Assembly (NCBI GenBank): GCA_963664115.2 | Contig: CAXWPJ010000010.1 | Location: 224,001-288,000, forward strand | Direction: 5' to 3' | Length of the DNA: 64,000 nucleotides | Source of the DNA: Terriglobia bacterium | Lineage (GTDB): Bacteria; Acidobacteriota; Terriglobia; 20CM-2-55-15 | Part shown: positions 10,258 through 20,415 of the stretch, one piece after another | Layout of the letters: the number at the start of each line of letters is the position of its first letter | How positions within the stretch are numbered: position 1 is the stretch's first letter | Made by a program: the position numbers and the translations under genes | The notes under the pieces: model-generated | The model's database searches: none | Told to the model about the DNA's origin: nothing | Seen by the model: the letters and a program-made list of their open reading frames with translations, nothing else

Positions 10258-10327
10258 GGGCTGTCTCCCCCCTTGCTACCGCAGTGCACTCCCCGCCAGT
10301 GTTCCTGGGGACACGAACCTCACTCAA

Positions 10328-10564
10328 GTATTCCTCGAAACCGTGGATCGCCGCTATGTTGGGATAGTTCAGCGAGGCAAGCATCTTTGCTTCACGTTCA
10401 AACCGAGCAAGACGATCCGTGTCTTTCGCGAACTCTTCGGGCAGCATCTTAATTGCGACTTCACGTCCAAGTTTGGTGTCCCTGGCACGCCACACCTCAC
10501 CCATTCCACCCTTACCCAAGAGTGTGCTGATCTCGTAGTGGCCGAGTTTGGTGCCAGATTCCAT
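10328..10564 (-). pseudogene. N-terminal stub of Ser/Thr kinase
   Basis: MESGTKLGHYEISTLLGKGGMGEVWRARD...HGFEE, near-identical to the intact kinase start, then homology stops. Confidence 0.9.
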
Positions 10565-10635
10565 GTTTAAAGTGTGTCGCCAAAAGTAGTGGCGAAATTC
10601 TGGTAAGTCTATCTAGGTGGGAGGGTTATTGGCTA
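10565..10635 (-). promoter_or_regulatory. conserved kinase upstream region (putative leaderless promoter/operator)
   Basis: Similar block precedes the kinase ATGs at 24328, 27145 and 28330; no Shine-Dalgarno; CACACT 5-7 nt before ATG; TCGCCA-N7-TGGCGA dyad. Confidence 0.45.
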
Positions 10636-10638
10636 TTA

Positions 10639-10726
10639 AATTCTCAAGTCCTGAGAAACGACATTCTCGGACGTTGAGAAACCCCAGCAATTTACCCAAT
10701 TCTCAAGGTCCGAGAAGATGATTTAT
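10639..10726. repeat. palindrome copy D (reverse, 10639-10680) and left half of copy E (10698-10726, split by IS1111)
   Basis: AATTCTCAAGTCCTGAGAAACGACATTCTCGGACGTTGAGAA, then AATTCTCAAGGTCCGAGAAGATGATTTAT; the missing CAGGACTTGACC is at 12185-12196. Confidence 0.9.
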
Positions 10727-10841
10727 TGATGGTATGGACTCCTCTTTGATGACTGAGTCGGCATCGAAGTGCCAAAGTCATTTTGAGCCTCGCAATAAAG
10801 CGGGCGAAACACGTGTACGTGTGAACAAAAAGGAGTCCGAG

Positions 10842-11876
10842 ATGAAGAATAGAACGATAGCAGTGGATCTGGCAAAGAATGTTTTTCAAATTGGTGTTTC
10901 AGATCGCCCCGGGCATGTAGAGAAAACCTATCGTTTAAGTCGGGCAAAGTTTCTGGGGTTCTTTGCGAACCAGGAGCTGGCGACCGTGGTGATGGAAGCC
11001 TGCGGATCCGCCCATTACTGGGGTCGGAAGATCCGGGAACTGGGACACACGGTCGTTCTGATCTCGCCGCAGTATGTGACGCCCTACGTCAGGCGCAACA
11101 AGACCGACCGTACGGATGTGAAAGGATTGTTGGAAGCCTATCGTGACAGCGATATTCATCCAGTGCCGGTCAAAACCCTGGCCCAACAGCAACTGACCTC
11201 ATTGCATCGAATCCGTTCGGCGTGGATGCGAACCCGAACCGCACGGATCAATACGGTGCGGGGGTTGTTACGGGAGTTTGGCTACGTGATCCCGACCGGA
11301 GCGGATCATCTGGTGCCGGGGGTAATGGAGCTGATCGAAGATGCAGATGTCGTCATCCCCAGTGTCGTTCGGGAGATGTTTCACCAGGTGTGTGGCGAGA
11401 TCCGTGAATTGGAATCTCGCATGCGATCGGTGGAACAAGAGTTGAAGACGCTGGCTCGGCAGATGCCTGAGGTCGCGCGTCTGACGTCGATTCCCGGCAT
11501 CGGCCTGTTAACGGCAACGGCAATGGTGGGGTTTGTTGGAAACATCAAACGATTCCGAACGTCCCGCCATTTTGCCAGTTATCTGGGACTCACACCCCGG
11601 GAACATTCCAGTGGCAACCAGCGACGCATGGGCCGGATCAGTAAGCAAGGCGATCGTTACCTCCGGATGCTGTTGGTTCATGGGGGCCGTTCCCTGTTGT
11701 GGAGTGCCCATCGAGAGGGCGCCACACCGACACCTCTCCAGCAATGGGGTCTCCAGAAACACGAGTTCCGCGGACACAACAAGGCAATCGTTGCACTGGC
11801 CAACAAGTTGGCGCGTCGCGTGTGGGCGGTTTGGAACCGTGACTGTGACCATCAGGCCCGGTATCAGGCGGCCTGA
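10842..11876 (+). CDS. IS110/IS1111 DEDD transposase
   Basis: IAVDLAK, VMEAC, KTDRTD, IPGIG, YLGLTP..SSG, GRISKQGDRYLR motifs. Confidence 0.95.
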   Translation: MKNRTIAVDLAKNVFQIGVSDRPGHVEKTYRLSRAKFLGFFANQELATVVMEACGSAHYWGRKIRELGHTVVLISPQYVTPYVRRNKTDRTDVKGLLEAYRDSDIHPVPVKTLAQQQLTSLHRIRSAWMRTRTARINTVRGLLREFGYVIPTGADHLVPGVMELIEDADVVIPSVVREMFHQVCGEIRELESRMRSVEQELKTLARQMPEVARLTSIPGIGLLTATAMVGFVGNIKRFRTSRHFASYLGLTPREHSSGNQRRMGRISKQGDRYLRMLLVHGGRSLLWSAHREGATPTPLQQWGLQKHEFRGHNKAIVALANKLARRVWAVWNRDCDHQARYQAA

Positions 11877-11899
11877 CCCGGAACAGTCGGAATATCTTT

Positions 11900-12090
11900 T
11901 CAGCGAGCTGCGATGAGGTTCGAGATGATGGCGTACCGGTCAGACCGGCGCGGGGCAACGCCGACAAGTCCTTTGGCCCTTAGAGGCCGTTATTTTATCG
12001 GTTGGCTCCCCGCGCGCAAATTTCCATCATGGCCTGGAACAATACAGTTCCACTTTTGAGGCCGAAGATACGGGTGCAGTCGACTAGCTA
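11900..12090 (+). ncRNA. putative bridge/seek RNA of the IS1111 element (boundaries approximate)
   Basis: Non-coding region conserved with the second element (48200-48360); contains segments matching target and donor junctions. Confidence 0.6.
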
Positions 12091-12206
12091 CTCACCTCGT
12101 AACTTCTAGTCAGTCCTGCTGAATGCATTTTGCCGAAGAAAGCTGACGGGAGAGCTGCGCCTACTTGACAGAGGAGTCCAGATACAGGACTTGACCGGCG
12201 AAAGCG

Positions 12207-12695
12207 TCAAGAGCCTCGAACCTTGAAGATGAAATATGTGATCTGTTCCCCCGGCCCTACGATCACGGGATGTGGTGTTCCGGCCGGGACCTGCACGATG
12301 TCGCCCTCGGCGATCCGCTGCACTGTTCCACCCTCAATCGTCGCGCCGCGTACTTCGCCGGGTGTGGTCTCGGTGGGATTCGGGATCGTGCCGCCGAGGA
12401 CCATCGAGGCGTTGCCGAAAAAAATGACGTAGAGATCCGACCAATCAGCATGAGATTCTGAGAAACCGGGGCCGGGCTCAAGATGTGCGACGGCCGCGAA
12501 GTAGTGCTCATAGTCAATGATGCGGTCGGTCACTCCACGGTTGTTAGCGCCTATCTGCCCTGCGAGCTCTCGGTCGATACTGTCCAACTGGAAGGCACTC
12601 CAATAGTTGTAATCGGCTAGTTCCTGAGCTGAAAGCGTCGGGGTGGTGAGCAGGAGTGCTGTGATCAGTAAGGTCAAACGGCCGCGAGTGTGCAC
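12207..12695 (-). CDS. secreted cupin-domain protein
   Basis: Signal peptide; ESHADWSD and GDIVQVPAGTPH cupin motifs. Confidence 0.75.
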   Translation of the reverse strand: MHTRGRLTLLITALLLTTPTLSAQELADYNYWSAFQLDSIDRELAGQIGANNRGVTDRIIDYEHYFAAVAHLEPGPGFSESHADWSDLYVIFFGNASMVLGGTIPNPTETTPGEVRGATIEGGTVQRIAEGDIVQVPAGTPHPVIVGPGEQITYFIFKVRGS

Positions 12696-12733
12696 ATATG
12701 GTCTCCTTCGATCCGGATGCCCCGTTCCGGTTG

Positions 12734-12815
12734 AATTCTCAATGTCCGCGAAGATGATTTATCAGGACTTGACCTTGGAAATCAGGGAACCGGTACCCGT
12801 TCCTTCAGTTCTTCA
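12734..12815 (-). repeat. palindrome copy F plus 34 bp kinase tail (EELKERVPVP*)
   Basis: AATTCTCAATGTCCGCGAAGATGATTTATCAGGACTTGACC followed by TCAGGGAACCGGTACCCGTTCCTTCAGTTCTTCA. Confidence 0.9.
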
Positions 12816-12844
12816 GAGACCCCTCTAAGCCGAAGTCCCGCGGT

Positions 12845-13069
12845 CTAAGTGACGAAACTTTTTTCAACAACTGCAGATCCGATCGCATCGCCGAAAGCGT
12901 TGACGGCGGTTCTGAAGCGATCCAGCAACCAGTCTACCGAAAGAATAAGCCCGACGTACTCGACAGGTAAGCCCACTGCGTTTAGCACAATGATCATTGT
13001 GACCAAGCCGGCCTCGGGAATGCCCGCGGCGCCGATCGCCGCCATAGTTGCCGTCACGGCCACTACTAG
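12845..13069 (-). pseudogene. C-terminal fragment of dicarboxylate/amino acid:cation symporter (DAACS)
   Basis: [12 protein letters not shown] and [17 protein letters not shown]; truncated at the IS1380 end. Confidence 0.85.
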
Positions 13070-14918
13070 TCCCAAAACAAGCGCATAACCAGTCCGCCGA
13101 GGCCCAGTTCGCGCCGATAGAATTCGAGGCATAGAATCCCGTTCCCGGATGGCCTGTTCCAGGTATCGAGTTTCTGTTGAATCTGTTTCAGTTCAGCCTC
13201 GCTGGTGTTGGACGGTTGACAGAAACCGGGACCTCGATCGCCCGGGCTCAGAGTCATGATCGGGTCAACATCGCAGAGGCTGACGCAACACATCCACCCC
13301 GCGGAACAAGACCGGCAACCACCGGTTCCAGGCCAGGATCCGGAACAGAATGCGCCGCCCGGTGCGCACGAGTTGGCACGGCACAAGCATGAAAGCGTTC
13401 AAGAAGGTTTTGAACTCCATGCGCAGCACGGTTTGCTTCTCAGCCTGATATTTTTGGCCCCAACGTCCGGTTTCGGGAAGCAGCAATGCAAACCACGCTT
13501 TCAGTGTCCAGGCCAGTGACGCGATCACCATGTAGGCCCAGTTGCTGGTCTGATCTCCGACCGGCATCCGCAACGCCTGAACGCCGTTCTTCAACTGCTC
13601 AATGAGATTCTCCTGATTGCACCGTTGATTGGCACGCATCACAATCTGGTCGGCCGGATCCGAACGGTTGGTAATGTAGAAGAAGTACCGGATGTCGTCA
13701 AACAACACCTGCTCTCCTTTGGCCACCGACAGATTCTTCCGCACCACGACGACACGGTAGTCCCGATCGCAGGCTCCGGGTCGATACCGAAACTCGGCCA
13801 CATCCTCACCCTGCAAGCGGATATTGTCGAAACCGCGCTGCCGAACGATCTCTTCCTTCACGTTGTCGGGACGTTGGCGCGGTTCGGTCGCCACGTCGTA
13901 TTTCGCGGGCCGTTCCAGGCGCTTCCACTGGCGCGGCTCCAGTTCATCGGCCCGGGCCTTCAGGTTCGCCATCGCGTCAATCCCGAATATGAAACCCACC
14001 TGCTGGTCGTCCCATCCGTCCAGATGCCGGGTCTGGCTGAAGTCCGTGTCCCCGCGCAGCAGGATCTGGCGAAACCCCGCATGCCGGCACAATGCGATGG
14101 CTTGGTCGAACCGGACCGCGGCTCCTTCATGCGACGGCCGGTTGCCGCTACGATTGACCAGATACAGCGGTTCGGCGGTGTTGGCCAGCGAGATCATCAG
14201 CGGGTGATATCCCCACGTCCCGTCGTAGGCCACGTCCATCCCTTGCTTGCATTCCCCCGTGGTTTCGGCCAGTGTCCCGTCCGCGTCCAACACCGCTTCT
14301 TCGAAAAACGCCGCCGGTTGCTGTCGCCAGACTCCGAGCCGGACTTGATTGGTTGCCTCCATCAGACACTCCACGTCGTCGGCCTCGAATCTCCGGCAGA
14401 AGTCTCCCGCCGTCGTCGGATCCGGAATCCGTTGCGCTCCCAGCGCATCCAGATACACCGCATCGTTGCGCCGCAGTTCGATGTCTTCCAGGCACGTTCC
14501 TCCGCTCAAGGCGTTGTAGGCGATGTTCAGCACGTGATCCGACTCGTGATACGGCAGGTGCCGCTTCAACACATGCACGCCCTTGTCGATGGCTTCGATC
14601 AGCCCGGTCCGCCGCGCCACCAGTTGCATCGTCCCGATACCACCAACCGATGTGCCCCGCGTCCGCTCTCCCATCTCGTACTGAATGTTGCTCGCCGAAA
14701 ACATCGGCTCTACCTGATCCGTCCAATGCCGGTCCCCAAGCCGACGTTCGATTCGCCGCTTGCGGTTCCTCATGTTCTTGCGCGTATAATCGTTCATCTG
14801 AAATGCCTCCTTTTCCGAAGAATCTGTTCAAGGTTTTTTTCGCACGGAGAGGGGGCATTTCGGGTACTTCCGCTCTTATTGCACTATCATTTCCTCGTCA
14901 ATCACGCTTGTTCAGGGA
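13070..14918 (-). mobile_element. IS1380 family element
   Basis: IRs TCCCAAAACAAGCG / CGCTTGTTCAGGGA, CTAG on both sides. Confidence 0.85.
13265..14797 (-). CDS. IS1380 family DDE transposase
   Basis: LDADGT, GYHPL, LLRGDTDF, QRCNQENLIEQLK motifs. Confidence 0.9.
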   Translation of the reverse strand: MNDYTRKNMRNRKRRIERRLGDRHWTDQVEPMFSASNIQYEMGERTRGTSVGGIGTMQLVARRTGLIEAIDKGVHVLKRHLPYHESDHVLNIAYNALSGGTCLEDIELRRNDAVYLDALGAQRIPDPTTAGDFCRRFEADDVECLMEATNQVRLGVWRQQPAAFFEEAVLDADGTLAETTGECKQGMDVAYDGTWGYHPLMISLANTAEPLYLVNRSGNRPSHEGAAVRFDQAIALCRHAGFRQILLRGDTDFSQTRHLDGWDDQQVGFIFGIDAMANLKARADELEPRQWKRLERPAKYDVATEPRQRPDNVKEEIVRQRGFDNIRLQGEDVAEFRYRPGACDRDYRVVVVRKNLSVAKGEQVLFDDIRYFFYITNRSDPADQIVMRANQRCNQENLIEQLKNGVQALRMPVGDQTSNWAYMVIASLAWTLKAWFALLLPETGRWGQKYQAEKQTVLRMEFKTFLNAFMLVPCQLVRTGRRILFRILAWNRWLPVLFRGVDVLRQPLRC

Positions 14919-15181
14919 CTAGCAAGGTACGGGAACACGCTGCTGCGCTTCATGTGGGACAGCAGCGACGTACAATCGCGTTGCTCTCAGGGGGCCTTCC
15001 TCGCTGGTCGCACATCAAGAGAGAACGACGCCGGGGGGTCCGATGCCAAGTGGGATGGCGCTTCGTTGTCCAGGCCGCCAATATCACCTATCATCACAAA
15101 GCCGCCCCCGACAGATTCCTTGCGGAAATTTTCGGCGCTTGAATTAGCGGCCACATCACGAGAACACTGCGATGCCTAAAC

Positions 15182-16336
15182 TAGTGGTCCCCGTTAAACA
15201 GACTGTAACTTATCAAGATTTCGCCGGCCGCGCTGGACTTTAGCAAGGATGTCGGAAGCCGTTGCAGTCCAGATGAAGGGTTTCGGGTCTTCATTGTGAC
15301 GAGCGAGGTAGTCCTCCACGGCCTGGATCAACTCGGGGACCGAGCGGAAAACGCCACGCCGGAGTCGTTGCTCGGACAGATCCCGGAAAAAGCGCTCGAC
15401 CATGTTGAGCCACGACGCACTGGTTGGCGTGAAGTGCACATGAAAACGCTTGTTACGCTTGAGCCAGTTGACGACTTTCTGATGTTTGTGAGTCGCATAG
15501 TTGTCGCAAATAATGTGGATCTCCTTATCTTTCGGCATGGCGCGTTTGATCTGATTCAGAAACCGGATCCATTCCTGATGGCGATGCTTTGGCATGCAGG
15601 TTCCGATGACCGAACCGTCCAGGATGTTGAGCGCGGCGAAAAGCGTGGTTGTCCCGTTACGTTTGTAATCGTGGGTCATGGTGCCACACCGCCCCTTCTT
15701 CAGAGGTAACCCGGGTTGCGTGCGGTCCAGGGCCTGCATCTGGCTCTTCTCATCGCAGGACAAGACAATGGCGTTTTCCGGTGGGCTCAGATACAGACCG
15801 ACCACATCCTCCAGCTTTTCGGCGAATCGTTTGTCGTTGGATAGTTTGAAGGTTCGTGACAGATGAGGCTTCAGTCCATGGACCCGCCAGATTTTCCCGA
15901 CCGTGGACTCGCTCACGCCAACGGCCTTCGCCATCGAGGCCCGACTCCAGTGCGTCGCGTTCGGGGGCTTCTCTTCCAGTGTCTTCTTGACGATCCGGGC
16001 TCGCTTCCGGCGACTGATCGTGGGAATCCGTCCGCTTCGCGGCGCATCCTTTTCGATCCCAGCCAAGCCCTGTTCCACAAAACGATTGCGCCAGCGGCCC
16101 GCTTTCTGGCGCGTGATCTCCAAGCGGGCGGCGATCTCATAATTGTTCCGACCTTCAGCGGCCAGTAATACAATTCGGGATCGTTCCGCCAACCGGACCG
16201 ATGTACTCCGGCTTCGACTCAGTCGCTCCGACTCCATCCGCTGCTTGTCATCCAATTCAATGGTCGGTGCTTTCCTCATTCTCTATTGGACGTTGGAAAG
16301 CTATTTTAGTTACATTACTTCGAGCGGGGTACACTA
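15182..16336 (-). mobile_element. IS630 family element
   Basis: Ends TAGTGGTCCCCG / CGGGGTACACTA with TA (CTAG) flanks. Confidence 0.85.
15194..16279 (-). CDS. IS630 family transposase
   Basis: CDEKSQMQAL, HDYKRNGTTTLFAAL, DNYATHK, SASWLNMVERFF. Confidence 0.95.
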   Translation of the reverse strand: MRKAPTIELDDKQRMESERLSRSRSTSVRLAERSRIVLLAAEGRNNYEIAARLEITRQKAGRWRNRFVEQGLAGIEKDAPRSGRIPTISRRKRARIVKKTLEEKPPNATHWSRASMAKAVGVSESTVGKIWRVHGLKPHLSRTFKLSNDKRFAEKLEDVVGLYLSPPENAIVLSCDEKSQMQALDRTQPGLPLKKGRCGTMTHDYKRNGTTTLFAALNILDGSVIGTCMPKHRHQEWIRFLNQIKRAMPKDKEIHIICDNYATHKHQKVVNWLKRNKRFHVHFTPTSASWLNMVERFFRDLSEQRLRRGVFRSVPELIQAVEDYLARHNEDPKPFIWTATASDILAKVQRGRRNLDKLQSV

Positions 16337-16339
16337 GTA

Positions 16340-17242
16340 ATGACTCTTGCATTCTTGTTTTCCTTGTGCATCTGCGCATTTTTAGCGGATGCACAGCTCA
16401 ATCTCACCGCGGCGCAGGGCACCGAGGCCCCACAAACCGGAACCCTCGAACAAACCATTCCCGGCCATTATAGGTATGAGTCCGGCGCCCGTGTCAGCGG
16501 GGTCATACTGACAAATGAAGGGGTTGTCGTCGTAGACGCTTTGAGTAGTGGCGCCATGGCGATGCATGAGCGGCAACTGATCGCCGGCTCACTCCAGCAG
16601 CCGGTTCGCTTTCTGGTTTCTTCAACTTTCCACAACAACTATACGCGAGGCAATGTCGCCTATGGCGACGTAGTTAGGATCGGCCATGAAGAATACAAGG
16701 CCGATCTGCTCGCACTGATGATCGAGGACAACGTGCCTTCGGTGGAACAAGAGGCGAGGCTCCCGCATCAAACCTACCGCGAGCGCATGTCGCTCCACCT
16801 CGGCGGCAAGGAGATTCAGATTATCCATATTGGTCCCGCGCACACACGGGGCGACAGTATCGTTTTTGTTCCTGAGGACCGGATTGTCTATGTGAGCGAG
16901 TTGCTTTTTTACAACCGGTTTCCGTGGATGAATTCCGGATATATCGAGTGGATAAACGCGATCGATGCCGTCTTAGATTTGGACGCCGACATTTTCGTGC
17001 CCGGACAAGGACCGATGAATTTCGATGATCCTCGCGATTCGCGGGAGGCGCTCATTCGTTTTCGCCAAATCCTAGTTGATGCACGCGACGCCGTTCAGGC
17101 AGAGATTGAGCGTGGCGCGACGGAAGATCGGGTTGTCGCCAGCGTCCTACTTTCCCAATACGAAGAATTGGGTGGATACCAACAGCAAAGAGAGGTTGTT
17201 GTGCGGCGGATTTATCGCGACTTAAAAGGCACGCTCGAGTAA
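16340..17242 (+). CDS. metallo-beta-lactamase-fold protein (cyclase-like) with degenerate metal site
   Basis: GVVVVD, AHTRGD, FVPGQG; the HxHxDH position reads TFHNNY. Confidence 0.75.
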   Translation: MTLAFLFSLCICAFLADAQLNLTAAQGTEAPQTGTLEQTIPGHYRYESGARVSGVILTNEGVVVVDALSSGAMAMHERQLIAGSLQQPVRFLVSSTFHNNYTRGNVAYGDVVRIGHEEYKADLLALMIEDNVPSVEQEARLPHQTYRERMSLHLGGKEIQIIHIGPAHTRGDSIVFVPEDRIVYVSELLFYNRFPWMNSGYIEWINAIDAVLDLDADIFVPGQGPMNFDDPRDSREALIRFRQILVDARDAVQAEIERGATEDRVVASVLLSQYEELGGYQQQREVVVRRIYRDLKGTLE

Positions 17243-17470
17243 GAGCGCCGTGACGTTCTTTTCCGACTTGGGCCCTAGGCACGGCCGCTTGATGGACCTG
17301 CCTGAACGCCGTGCAAATTCGATCTTTCCAACTTAAGTGGACAATGCCAATCGAATATCTACTATGGGTCGGTGGCGGACAGATAACTTCTCAGAAGATC
17401 GTGGTCTGCCCTTTGTTGTTTGCTGCTGAGTAGGACAATAGGCCGAATCAATAATCATCTCAAAATTTAG

Positions 17471-19178
17471 CTAATCCAGAGGTTCAACCCGGATGAGCGT
17501 ACCTTCGAGATTATCCCCAACCCAAAAAGAAGGAGGACTGGTGCTATTGTCCACATCCACCCGGCGGATGTTGGTGGTTCCCGGTAGCAAAAACATGGTG
17601 ACTTCATCGGTTTCGGTGTTGACCCGCGCGACATAATCGTTGGTCATGCCACCCCCCCCAGGCAAATCCGTCCTGGTCGAGGATGGCATCATAAGGATTC
17701 GTCCACGCGACTGGGACCTCCCATTCCCGGAATTCCTCTGCTTTGGTATCGAACATCGCAATTCTGTTCCCGCGAAATTCGCCAAACCAGAGTCGGTCTT
17801 GCGAGTCCATATGTCCTCGCCGGGGACCCGAATTAGGGGTCGGCGTCCGGTAGGGAGTGGAGACCAAGGTTTTGGCATCGACCCGGGTTACGTGATCACC
17901 GCCAAGCTCCATTCCATAGAAGTTATTCATCGAATCAACAGCGACACCATAAGAACCAATTCTACTGGCGGCTTCAACCATGTCAGGTGCGACGCCCTTG
18001 GTATAGTCAATCGCAGTCCACACACCCGATTCTAAATCCACCTGGTATTCCTCAACTCCACCGGTCCAGACTTTACCGTCCACATCAACGCGGGTCGGCG
18101 TGACCATCGCGGTGCGGGCCTCATCACCCTCGTCGAACAGTGGGCTTTTCCAGTGATCGAAGGTTTCCGTATCCCGGTTGAACCGCATGATCACCCCCTG
18201 GTACATCATCCCGAGAAAGATATTTCCTTCCGGATCAAAGTTCATATCGAGATTTCCTCCGGGGACTTCGGGCTTGGTCATAGGGATGGGATACTCAATG
18301 GTCTCTCCGTTCTTCGGATCCAGTTTTCCAAGATATTGAGAACCGAAATCGCCGTACCATACCATCCCGTCCGTATCCACAATGGCATCGTGCGGTAACG
18401 CCTCCGGCCGCGGCAGATCGTATTCCGTCATAATCACACGCGTTCCCTTCCCTGTCGGACGAGGGAGGGTCTTGAGAGGATAATCCCACTGGGATACCTT
18501 GCTCAGGTTAATAGAGCTGGCATACTCGCCAGTCCCTAGGGCCCGCTCACCGATCTCATCTTCCGAAATATTCATGCCACCATCATTGCCGACGAAATTG
18601 GGCCGTATCTGAGGACGCAACGGGGTAGAACCCTGCGCCCAGCCCCTCATTCTGTCCACAACGTGTGCAAAATCATCGGCGTTGTACCGGGACCGGACGA
18701 CCGGTTCCAGGGTATGGCAGGATATGCATCCAAGAAACTGCTGTTTCTCTTCGACAGTACCAGGCATGCTCAACAGCCATTCACCGTTGGAAAGTTGAGA
18801 GGCGATGTCCCCTGCAGTGCGAAGATTCAAATCAAGCTGTGTAGTTTTCTGCGCATCCACCATGATCTGTCCAGGATCCGGCAGTTCATACCCCACTGCG
18901 CGGATGCTGACTCCGTAGGGTCCCGGTTCCAACCGGTCCGAGGGGAAGCTGTATCGACCCTGGGCATCGCTGACCACCGTGACCGTGAAACTGGCTCCTT
19001 CCCGCCTGACAGTTACCAGCACGCCTTCCATGGGTCCTTCCGCTTGCGAGCTAACCTCACCGCTTAACGCCCCCGAAAGTACGGCACCGCTCATCTGTGC
19101 CGTGGCCTGCGCCCAAACGCTGCCACAGGTCATCACCGATAGCGACAAGGCAGCGAACGAATTCCTCAAAAGTTTCAT
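17471..19178 (-). CDS. secreted carboxypeptidase-regulatory-like domain + monoheme + Vgb-like beta-propeller protein; frameshift in C8 run at 17652-17659
   Basis: Signal peptide, VSDAQGRYSF, CISCH, propeller repeats; removing one G joins the 17604 and 17471 ORFs. Confidence 0.75.
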
Positions 19179-19755
19179 CTTTATCCCCTCAAACGATAAC
19201 CGCTTCAGATTAACCATAACCATTCTAGATTCGCCCCTTCCCGCTCACCGAAGTAACGCGTGGGGGGACTGCATGTTGATAGCGGGTTGATATCGGTGGA
19301 CCGTATCATATATTAATTTATTAAACCCGCTGCTGTGCTGGAAAATCCAGGCCCCGCACGCATCCGAGCCGGCCTGGCGTGAGTCCATGTGCCGATCGAT
19401 CCCAACCGCTCTGGCTGCCAGGATAAGCGTTGTGCCCACCGGGAGGGCCATAACCTAGGCGAGTAATCGAACGCACCCACAGACCGAATCTGGACGTTTC
19501 GATGGGAACACCTCTCGAGCCGATGCCGGGAGTATTATTTCGGCGGGAAGCTCGACGGATTGTCATGAATTGTTTGAGTAACGACGAGGCCGGAGAGGAG
19601 GAGCTCGTTTTGGAGTGACCATTGAGCGACAAGCTACGGCGGCGTTTGTATTAACCTTGCTCGCAGGTCTGTGATCCGGGAAGCGCCTAGCCACGGGCTG
19701 GTTTTGACCGGCTACCCTACGTATACTGGGTGGCAACTCGGAGGGAGTAAAAATC

Positions 19756-20121
19756 GTGGCCAAATGGAAGTTCTTCCACAAGTACGGGTGAGGGAGTTGC
19801 GAGAAGACGGAAGCGTGGCTTTCGCAAAACGGTATCGCATTTCAGTCGATCGACGTCCTGACGCACCCCCCCTCGATGGAGGAGTTTCAACGCATCGCTA
19901 GTGCCCTCGGAGGTGGCAAAGCGCTGTTGAACTCTGGCAAGGTAAAGGACCTCGATTACAAGGCAAACATTGCCGGTCGTGAGCTCAGCGACGACGAGCT
20001 ATTGCAGATCCTTCACCGCTATCCCGACCTGCTGCACAAACCAATTCTATTCGACGGCGAACGGGCAGTGACCGGCTACGTCCCGGAGGAATTGGAAACT
20101 GTGGTTAAAGCTGCGCCGTAG
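19756..20121 (+). CDS. ArsC/Spx family protein, probable selenoprotein (UGSC)
   Basis: GAGGGAG RBS, GTG start, in-frame TGA at 19789-19791 giving U-G-S-C, continuing in frame to YPDLLHKPIL. Confidence 0.8.
19797..19827 (+). promoter_or_regulatory. putative bacterial SECIS hairpin
   Basis: TTGCGA...ACG-GAAG-CGT...TCGCAA stem-loop just after the TGA. Confidence 0.6.
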
Positions 20122-20415
20122 GCCGAATGAAGTCGGACATGGCAAATGCCCACTCGGGCCTCGACACAGTAATCTAATGCCGGGGCCGCATCAAAGAACC
20201 TCTGCTCTGGAAGGTCGTCCCTAGCCGCACCCAGCGGCCCGATGAAAGCCGACTGACGAACACCCATGCGAAGGATGCGTCCACAAGTTCTCATCGTGGA
20301 CCTCGCCGAATCACCTATCGACTTGAGGTGATCTTCTAGGACTAATGGGGGTTGAGAATACGGTGGCATTTTCACTGGACAACTACAGGAAAGCGTCAAC
20401 TCCCGTCTTTTGCCC

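Larger units (their letters stand above)
10727..12184 (+). mobile_element. IS110 family, IS1111 group element
   Basis: Subterminal IRs ATGGACTCCTCT (10734-10745) and AGAGGAGTCCAG (12170-12181), 7 nt and 3 nt from the ends; no TSD; long 3' non-coding region. Confidence 0.9.

Noticed and set aside
10157-10327. C-terminal extension of the 135 aa kinase ORF (also 23768-23969)
   Set aside because: Read-through into unrelated sequence after kinase homology ends.
13625-15142. 505 aa plus-strand ORF
   Set aside because: Antisense shadow of the IS1380 transposase; the same applies to most overlapping ORFs in the track.
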